A DNA stretch of 32,000 bases from Nanobdella aerobiophila (GTDB lineage Archaea; Nanobdellota; Nanobdellia; Nanobdellales; Nanobdellaceae), in the NCBI RefSeq assembly GCF_023169545.1, contig NZ_AP019769.1:180001-212000 (forward strand), in the 5' to 3' direction. Positions 25,581 through 32,000 of the stretch are shown piece after piece. Made by a program: the position numbers and the translations under genes. Position 1 is the first letter of the stretch. The number at the start of each line of letters is the position of its first letter. The notes under the pieces were generated by a model that made no database searches, was not told the origin of the DNA, and worked only from the letters and a program-made list of their open reading frames with translations.

Positions 25581-25972
25581 TGGTAGAGAATGCATTTGAA
25601 ATAACTTTAATTACTTTAATACTATTTTTTACTTCCATTATAATAGTTACTCTTTTTAGAGATATAACCAATGTAAATAATTATGATGAATTTACTTTAA
25701 ATTATATAGGTAATAATATATATTTGTGTGTTAATCTTGCTTATCTATATAACTTATCTAGTATATACTGTAATCCATCTAGTAATTATAATTTTTTTGT
25801 GTCTTCTACAGGAAAAAATCTTTATGTTCAATATTCTAATATAGAAAAAATATATAATTTATATCAAGGCTATTCGTACTCTCCTTTATATGGAGAGAGT
25901 GAGGACTCTTTTTATATAATATACAATAATAAGACATCTATAGTCGATAGAGGATATTATATAGAATCATAA
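25580..25972 (+). CDS. small protein with N-terminal hydrophobic helix (possible minor pilin / FlaF-G-like accessory), 130 aa
   Basis: MVENAFEITLITLILFFTSIIIVTLF followed by a Tyr/Asn/Ser-rich domain with 2 Cys. The ATG shares one base with the preceding stop (TAATG), implying co-expression. Confidence 0.4.
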   Translation: MVENAFEITLITLILFFTSIIIVTLFRDITNVNNYDEFTLNYIGNNIYLCVNLAYLYNLSSIYCNPSSNYNFFVSSTGKNLYVQYSNIEKIYNLYQGYSYSPLYGESEDSFYIIYNNKTSIVDRGYYIES

Positions 25973-26006
25973 ATATTTATATTTTTCAAGATTTCTTTTA
26001 TCTTGT

Positions 26007-27806
26007 ATGGATATTGATGAATTTATTGATTCTGTACTTGATACTGTAAAGAAAAAAATTGAATTAAAAAATAAATTAAATCAAGGAGGATTTAGAATCG
26101 AAAAAATAAATACCAATATAGCTGGTAGTTCGCAAAATAGTAATCAAATAATTCCTATATTACAAACATATCCATATAAACCAAAAAAATTCAAAAAGAA
26201 AGCTAAAAAATTAAATAAAGATATAAATTTATTGAGTATTCCAGTAGCAGGTCAGAGAAAAATAACAGATAAGGATAAATTAAAATTTTTTATAGATTTA
26301 TACGGAGTAAATAATGAGGAAAATGAATATAGATACCCACTAACAAAAATGAGAGTCCTTAATAAGGATTTTATATTCTCTTATGCTGATATTTCTATAG
26401 ATCAAAATTTAAATGAATTAGTGTATAATGTTGTTGAAGTACCAATAACTGTACAAGAAAAAAATATAATAGACTATGTTATAGATAAATTAATTAAAAG
26501 AATTGAAATACCAGAGAATAGGGAAAATGATTTTGATAGGATGAAGGATTATATAGTTGAGGAATCGATTAATATATTAAAAGAAAAGGGGGTAAAGATA
26601 ACTAATCAAAGATTACCATATATATTATATTATATTATCAGAGATACAATTGGTTATGGTATAATAGATCCTCTCATGAGAGATCCATATATAGAGGATA
26701 TATCATGTAATGGTATTGATATACCAATATTTATTTTCCATAGAAATCCATTGATCGGTGAGATTAAAACAAACATAAAATTTAATTCTGATATAGAACT
26801 AGATAATTTTGTCATAAAGTTATCGGTAAGAACAGGAAGAATGATATCTATATCAAATCCACTATTAGATGCAGCACTACCAGATGGTTCTAGACTCCAA
26901 ATTACTTTTGGTAAAGATATATCTAGAAAAGGTTCATCATTTACAATAAGAAAGTTTACAGAAGATCCATTTACGCCTGTAGATTTATTATTATATGGTA
27001 CAGCAGATACAAATATGTTAGCATATTTATGGACATTAATAGAAGAAGGAAGATCTTTGTTAATATCGGGAGGTACAGCAACTGGTAAAACTTCTTTTTT
27101 AAATGCAGTTTCCTTATTTATTAAACCAGGTAAAAAGATAATATCTATAGAGGATACTGCAGAATTAAGATTACCCCACTCTAACTGGTTACAAGAGGTA
27201 GCAAGGCCAGGATATGGTCCGAATAGGTATGGAGAGGTCAGTATGTTCGATTTATTAAAAGCTGCATTAAGACAAAGGCCGGATTATATAATTGTTGGTG
27301 AGGTTAGAGGTGAAGAGGCATATATATTGTTCCAAGCGATGGCTACAGGTCACGCAGGTTTAAGTACAATTCACGCAGAGAGTATAGAAGCATTGACTGA
27401 TAGGCTATTATCTCCTCCAATAAATTTACCTCCCTCTCTATTAGAGATATTGGATGATGTAATATTTTTGAAAAGAATAAGATATCAGGGTAGATATGTA
27501 AGAAGAGTAGATAAGATATATGAAATTTTAGGTTATGACAAAGAAAAGAAGGATATAAATAGAGTAGTATCATATTATTGGGACCCGAAAGATGATTCAT
27601 ATATTCCTCAAAATAGTAATGTATTAAATAAGATAGCAGAATTAAGAAACTGGTCTAAAAGCGATATAGAAACTAACTTTAAATTTAAGATTAGAGTATT
27701 GGAATATATGTTTGAGAATAATGTGAGAGATTATAAAAAAGTAGGAGAAATATTAGATATGTATTATAATGATACAGATAAGTTGATTAGATTAGTAGGT
27801 TTTTAG
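26007..27806 (+). CDS. FlaI/PilB/GspE-superfamily secretion ATPase (archaeal type IV filament assembly ATPase)
   Basis: DPYIEDISCNGIDIPIFIFHRN (archaeal FlaI-like block), Walker A ISGGTATGKTSFLNA, Asp box, Walker B PDYIIVGEVRGEEA, His box ATGHAGLSTIHA. 599 aa with a Lys-rich N-terminal extension of roughly 100 aa (KPKKFKKKAKKLNK). Confidence 0.85.
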   Translation: MDIDEFIDSVLDTVKKKIELKNKLNQGGFRIEKINTNIAGSSQNSNQIIPILQTYPYKPKKFKKKAKKLNKDINLLSIPVAGQRKITDKDKLKFFIDLYGVNNEENEYRYPLTKMRVLNKDFIFSYADISIDQNLNELVYNVVEVPITVQEKNIIDYVIDKLIKRIEIPENRENDFDRMKDYIVEESINILKEKGVKITNQRLPYILYYIIRDTIGYGIIDPLMRDPYIEDISCNGIDIPIFIFHRNPLIGEIKTNIKFNSDIELDNFVIKLSVRTGRMISISNPLLDAALPDGSRLQITFGKDISRKGSSFTIRKFTEDPFTPVDLLLYGTADTNMLAYLWTLIEEGRSLLISGGTATGKTSFLNAVSLFIKPGKKIISIEDTAELRLPHSNWLQEVARPGYGPNRYGEVSMFDLLKAALRQRPDYIIVGEVRGEEAYILFQAMATGHAGLSTIHAESIEALTDRLLSPPINLPPSLLEILDDVIFLKRIRYQGRYVRRVDKIYEILGYDKEKKDINRVVSYYWDPKDDSYIPQNSNVLNKIAELRNWSKSDIETNFKFKIRVLEYMFENNVRDYKKVGEILDMYYNDTDKLIRLVGF

Positions 27807-28433
27807 TTCTATAATCTCCAAGGGTTTCTTATTGTAAAATTTTATTATATATGTTTTATCTTTATCTATTTCATATTTTTTATCTATATATAGTATTGTA
27901 AAATTATCTGTTAAGACTATATATTTATCATCATCTTTTTTTAATAATTTTATATATCTTATAGATAGATAATATTTGTTTTTTATTTCTATATCTTCTT
28001 CAATCTTTTTTATATTGTATATATTATTTATATATAGTGTTATGAAATAGTTATTTAATATTACCGGTCTTTTTACTAATATACTATTATTTTCTTTTAA
28101 TATATATGATATCTCTTTCCATCTTGGATCTTTTAGTAATAATTTCACTAGTCCTGTTTCATCTCCGACTTCCAAAATAATCTTTTCTTGATCTTTATAC
28201 AATATTTTATTTATTTTTAATTTAATTTGATTAATTTTAATATTTTGGTATATATTTTTTAATTTTATATTATATATATCTTCTAAAGATAATCCGTAAT
28301 CTTTTAATATTAATAATATCGCGGTGTCTTCATCAATTAAGTTATTATATTGTTTATATTTTTCTTTAATCAAGTCATCTAGTTTATTTTTTGAAATATT
28401 TAAAATAGATAAAATATTATTTTTATCTATCAT
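27792..28433 (-). CDS. RPA/SSB-like OB-fold single-stranded-DNA-binding protein (tentative)
   Basis: N-terminal ISKNKLDDLIKEKYKQYNNLIDEDTAILLILKDYGLSL resembles the conserved N-terminus of archaeal RPA/SSB-like proteins (..eeie.li.ek...ggLiseegAa.lvA.elGv). It is followed by an OB-like block KINKILYKDQEKIILEVGDETGLVKLLLKD (cf. ..DETG.ir.tlW.). Its 3' end overlaps the ATPase gene by 15 bp. Confidence 0.45.
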   Translation of the reverse strand: MIDKNNILSILNISKNKLDDLIKEKYKQYNNLIDEDTAILLILKDYGLSLEDIYNIKLKNIYQNIKINQIKLKINKILYKDQEKIILEVGDETGLVKLLLKDPRWKEISYILKENNSILVKRPVILNNYFITLYINNIYNIKKIEEDIEIKNKYYLSIRYIKLLKKDDDKYIVLTDNFTILYIDKKYEIDKDKTYIIKFYNKKPLEIIELKTY

Positions 28434-28521
28434 AAATATAAATTATCATTTAATATTAAAAATATTTGAGATTTAGCAATCTCCAAAAAATATTTTGTTT
28501 GATTTTATTAAAAATGATATT

Positions 28522-28905
28522 CTAGCCAGTTGCTGAGCATAAATTAGAGCCCTGGCCATCTAGTTGGCATCCGCCGCTATTACATACTATTGTTGATCCA
28601 TTACTTAAGGTAAATGATTGTGGATATGTGTTGTAGCAAGAATAAGAACAATATGAAGAACTTGAGAATAGATCTATTTGTGTATTTGGATCTGTACTAG
28701 ATTCTATTTCAGATAGAACAGTTCCGGCGTACTCTGCACATTGGGTAGAATTTATTTGTTGAGTAGTTGGACCTGTACTACTTATACCAGTTGTAAATCT
28801 ACCTAATCCGCCAGTAAATATTAATATTAAGAATACAAGTACCAATATAGCAATTATTGCTAGGACTATTACATTTAATGGTAGACCTTGCGATCTGTTT
28901 TTCAT
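28522..28905 (-). CDS. small class-III-signal-peptide pilin-like protein, Cys-rich (127 aa, 6 Cys)
   Basis: MKNRSQG-LPLNVIVLAIIAILVLVFLILIF: basic leader, Ser-Gln-Gly, one long hydrophobic helix. Then a Ser/Thr/Gly/Gln-rich globular part with QCAEY, YCSYSCYN, IVCNSGGCQLD, NLCSATG. Confidence 0.55.
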   Translation of the reverse strand: MKNRSQGLPLNVIVLAIIAILVLVFLILIFTGGLGRFTTGISSTGPTTQQINSTQCAEYAGTVLSEIESSTDPNTQIDLFSSSSYCSYSCYNTYPQSFTLSNGSTIVCNSGGCQLDGQGSNLCSATG

Positions 28906-28941
28906 ATAGGTTAAAAATACTTTATAATTTATAAATTTTTA

Positions 28942-29421
28942 ATGAACTCTCTGGTTATGAAGATATCTAAAATATATTTAAGATTAATAGTTCATGATTG
29001 GGATGATAGAAATATTATAGATAAATTAAAGAATGTATTTATAAGTGGTATTGATAGAAAATATATCAAAGAAACCTATAGTAAAGACAAAGGACTTATA
29101 AGCAATAATTTGATTATTTATGAACTAACATTAACTAATAAAAATGCCATAGATATATTATTTTCGAATTTGATATATCACGGCCTGAATATTGATGATA
29201 TCATAAATAATTCTAATTTTGACGAAAATTGTAATTTATATTTAAGGATAGACAAAGATTATATTAAAGATTATATAATAAGAATACGATATTCTGATAA
29301 TTCGATATTATTGAAGATAAGTTTTGATGATTATAATAAAAATAAGGATAAAATATATAATTTTATAAAAGAATATTTTGGATATATAAATAAAAAATTT
29401 TTAGATATTAATATTCAATGA
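28942..29421 (+). CDS. hypothetical protein, possibly DUF54/COG1325-like predicted RNA-binding protein
   Basis: RLIVHDWDDRNIIDKLKNVF resembles the v.vhaTEDeeKV..al.nlf start of that family, and NLYLRIDKDYIKDY resembles its lylRlDKQaa block. The match is weak and from memory only. 4-bp overlap with mre11. Confidence 0.35.
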   Translation: MNSLVMKISKIYLRLIVHDWDDRNIIDKLKNVFISGIDRKYIKETYSKDKGLISNNLIIYELTLTNKNAIDILFSNLIYHGLNIDDIINNSNFDENCNLYLRIDKDYIKDYIIRIRYSDNSILLKISFDDYNKNKDKIYNFIKEYFGYINKKFLDINIQ

Positions 29422-30554
29422 AATTTGTACATATATCAGATACGCATTTAGGTTGCCAAATACCAATTCAATATAATGAACTTAGAAAAAAAGATTTCTT
29501 AAAAACATTTAAAGAAGCAATTGAATTTTCTATAAATAATAAGGTTGATTTCATAATACATTCCGGTGACTTTTTTGATGATTATTTTAGATTCGACTCA
29601 AAATTTATAATAGAAGTATTGGATATTTTGATGAAATTAAAAAATAATAATATTCCTCTTATATTTATAAAAGGAAATCATGATGTAAAGGGTCATAGAC
29701 AAAATGTACTGGAGTTGTTTAAAAAACTGGATCTTATAAAAGAGGCAAATATAAGAGAACCTTATATAATTAAGGATGTTTATATATACGGAGTCTCAGA
29801 ACCATCTAATCTGGCTGGAGAACAATTAAATAAATATTATAGAGAATTATTTAGTAATATAAATCTTGAAAATAATGGTTTTAGGATATTCTTGTTCCAT
29901 GGCGCTGTAAATATGTTTCCAAATAATATATTAGAGGGTTATGGTAAGGAACCTAGAATATTGCCCTTGAATATATTTCCTAAGGCAGATTATTATGGAT
30001 TTGGACATTTCCATAAAAGTCATCTCGAGGTTCATGATGATATTATATTCTCATTGCCAGGTTCTACTGAGAGAACCTCTTTATCTAAAGATGAAGAAAA
30101 TATAAAGAAAGGATTTTATTACTATAGCGATAATATTGATTTTATTGAAGTTAATTCTAGACCTATATACATATATGAAGATATAATAAATAATGAAGAG
30201 GATTTAAATAGATTAAAAGATTATATTGGTAAAAGATCTAAAGAAACCTTGATTAAATTAAAGTTAAAATATAATAAAGATTTATATATAAGTATTAAAA
30301 ATTATATAGATAAATTGATTTCATCCGGATATTATATAATTGATGATCTATATTCTATGAATCAAGAATATAATATCATAAAAGATGAGAGTAATATAAA
30401 TGACTTATTTGATAATAATATATTTGTTAACAATAAAGAAGAATTATTGGAGTTATTTAATAATATAAAAAGTACATTTGAAGAATTTTATTCTAATAAA
30501 AGTAGCGATATAGATCGAATAAGAGATATATTATATAAAAATTTAATAAAATGA
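29418..30554 (+). CDS. mre11: Mre11 DNA double-strand-break repair nuclease
   Basis: Calcineurin-like phosphoesterase motifs I-VI: FVHISDTHLG, IIHSGDFFD, IKGNHD, LFHG, GFGHFH, and a later Ser/Thr-rich capping region. 378 aa. Confidence 0.9.
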   Translation: MKFVHISDTHLGCQIPIQYNELRKKDFLKTFKEAIEFSINNKVDFIIHSGDFFDDYFRFDSKFIIEVLDILMKLKNNNIPLIFIKGNHDVKGHRQNVLELFKKLDLIKEANIREPYIIKDVYIYGVSEPSNLAGEQLNKYYRELFSNINLENNGFRIFLFHGAVNMFPNNILEGYGKEPRILPLNIFPKADYYGFGHFHKSHLEVHDDIIFSLPGSTERTSLSKDEENIKKGFYYYSDNIDFIEVNSRPIYIYEDIINNEEDLNRLKDYIGKRSKETLIKLKLKYNKDLYISIKNYIDKLISSGYYIIDDLYSMNQEYNIIKDESNINDLFDNNIFVNNKEELLELFNNIKSTFEEFYSNKSSDIDRIRDILYKNLIK

Positions 30555-32000
30555 TAATAAAAAGTTTAAATTTAGAGAATTTTAAGTACCATAAAAGTTT
30601 AAATATCGGATTAGAGGAAAAAAATATTATTATAGGTGAAAATGGAGTTGGCAAAAGTTCTATATTTCATTCAATATTGTTTGCTTTGTTTGGTAGAGAT
30701 TCGTTGTCATATATAGGCGCTAGTAGTATTCAATCAATGATTAGATATGGTAGTTCTTCTACCAAGGTAGAGTTAGAATTGCAAGATAATAATAATTTAT
30801 ATAAAATTGTTAGAATTATAAATAATACAGGAGATTCAAAGGCAGTATTATACCTAAATGATCATATTATAGTATCTAGTCCTGATTTAGTAAATAAAAA
30901 AATAAAGGAAATATTAAATATAAATAGAATTGAAAAATTTGCCGATATAGTATATATAAAACAAGGAGATCTAGGTAGATATATTAATTTATCTGGAAAG
31001 ATTGAATTAACAAAAAAACTAGAAAATATATTTGATATAGAATATTATTCAAATATTTTAAGGGTCATAGAAGGTTTGGTAAGAGATCTAGAAAGGCAGA
31101 AAGAATACAATGAAAATCAAAGGGCTGAATTATATAAAGATATAGAGACCTATAGAAATTTATACGGAGATAGGGATATTAATGAGCTTATATTGGAATT
31201 AGACAAATATAATAATTTAAAGAAAATAAGGGATGAATTATACAAAGATTATTTAGAAGTAAAAACTTTGGAAAATACAATAAATTATGATTTAATATCT
31301 CAAGAAGGATATCTAAAAAATAAGTTATTACAATTAGAGGAAGAGGAAAAAAATTTGAATGAAAATATAATTAATTTAGAATCCGAAAGAAGGTCTTTGA
31401 AATATGAGCGTTATTCTAAAGAATTATTAGATAAGTCTATTGAATATATAAATAAGAGATTAGAAGAATTAAAGGAGTACAAAGATATCAATAAGAAGGA
31501 TATAGAGTATAATATAAGGGAAAATAAAGATTTATATAATGATATTGTAAAATATATAAATTCTCTAGATGTAGAAGATAGATATAAAAAATTAGAGGAA
31601 AAGAAAAAGGATATAGAAGAAAAAATACTGATATTAAAACAAAGTATAAAGGAAGATCAAGAATATTTAGATATATTAAATAAGGAAATTACAGATTGTC
31701 CAGTTTGTAAAAGACCTTTGGAAAAAGACCTTCATAAGCAATTGGTAGAAAGATATAATATTGAATTAGATAATAATAAGAGGGAGTTAAGCAAATTATT
31801 GAAGGATAAAGAAGATATAGATAACCTATATAATAATATATATAATGAATATAAGAATTTTGTGTATTTAAAAGAAAGATTAAAATCAAAAAATATAGAC
31901 ATAGATAATATAGAAAATGAAAAAATGAAAATAGACTCAAAAATTAATCAATTAAATCAGGAACTAAATAAAATCGAGGAATATAATATATTAAATGATA
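30551..32000 (+). CDS. rad50: Rad50 ATPase (N-terminal 483 codons; continues past the window end)
   Basis: My own translation from ATG 30551 (ATGA overlap with the mre11 stop): MIIKSLNLENFKYHKSLNIGLEEKNIIIGENGVGKSSIFHSILFALFG (Walker A). A long Lys/Glu/Asn-rich coiled coil follows, with zinc hook ITDCPVCKRPL (CPVC at 31697-31708). No stop before 32000. Absent from the ORF track because it is open-ended. Confidence 0.9.
   Translation, partial: MIIKSLNLENFKYHKSLNIGLEEKNIIIGENGVGKSSIFHSILFALFGRDSLSYIGASSIQSMIRYGSSSTKVELELQDNNNLYKIVRIINNTGDSKAVLYLNDHIIVSSPDLVNKKIKEILNINRIEKFADIVYIKQGDLGRYINLSGKIELTKKLENIFDIEYYSNILRVIEGLVRDLERQKEYNENQRAELYKDIETYRNLYGDRDINELILELDKYNNLKKIRDELYKDYLEVKTLENTINYDLISQEGYLKNKLLQLEEEEKNLNENIINLESERRSLKYERYSKELLDKSIEYINKRLEELKEYKDINKKDIEYNIRENKDLYNDIVKYINSLDVEDRYKKLEEKKKDIEEKILILKQSIKEDQEYLDILNKEITDCPVCKRPLEKDLHKQLVERYNIELDNNKRELSKLLKDKEDIDNLYNNIYNEYKNFVYLKERLKSKNIDIDNIENEKMKIDSKINQLNQELNKIEEYNILND

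Noticed and set aside
1-32000. CRISPR arrays, IS elements or integrases, diversity-generating retroelement repeats, toxin-antitoxin pairs or known defence-system genes
   Set aside because: I saw no spaced short repeats, transposase, integrase or reverse-transcriptase motifs, and no terminal inverted repeats. The only substantial repeats are the intragenic cdc48 79-mer and the 15-bp hef tandem. The window looks like core chromosome rather than an accessory island.

Overview
Very AT-rich (about one quarter GC by eye), extremely gene-dense archaeal chromosome segment. I count 37 protein-coding genes, two of them truncated at the window edges. Many same-strand overlaps are 1-47 bp and four convergent 3' ends overlap. 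I saw no rRNA, tRNA, CRISPR array, IS element or integrase. All family calls come from reading motifs in the supplied translations; no database search was possible. The gene content is a typical archaeal informational core. DNA repair and replication: Hef/XPF, EndoIII-like glycosylase, dCTP deaminase, Hjc-like resolvase, PolD large subunit, Mre11 and Rad50. Translation and RNA modification: Trm1, ribosomal proteins L31e, L18e, L13 and S9, a TrmJ-like SpoU methylase, AspRS, diphthine synthase, and Fap7/AK6. Protein quality control: Cdc48/VCP and thermosome. PolD plus thermosome, a stand-alone ArcTGT-type PUA protein, scrambled operons and heavy compaction fit a reduced DPANN/Nanoarchaeota-like thermophilic symbiont; this lineage guess is inference only. 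Most worth a second look: (1) A type-IV-pilus-like module at 24.2-28.9 kb: coiled-coil protein, two or three class-III-signal/pilin-like proteins and a FlaI/GspE-type ATPase. It has no membrane platform or prepilin peptidase in the window, and it sits directly against an RPA/SSB-like gene and the mre11-rad50 operon. (2) A translationally coupled trio: cdc48 (C-terminal YYG, HbYX-like), a ThiF/MoeB E1-like gene, and a gene closely resembling ArmA/RmtB (FmrO) aminoglycoside-resistance 16S rRNA m7G1405 methyltransferases. (3) A perfect 79-bp in-frame direct repeat covering the Walker A regions of Cdc48 D1 and D2, which suggests intragenic gene conversion. (4) A minimal archaeosortase-family protein with no recognisable substrate nearby. 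Smaller oddities: an Hjc-like protein with QxK instead of ExK, a 15-bp tandem duplication in the Hef nuclease motif, a 236-bp non-coding gap, and a DUF54-like ORF heading the mre11-rad50 operon where herA/nurA would be expected.
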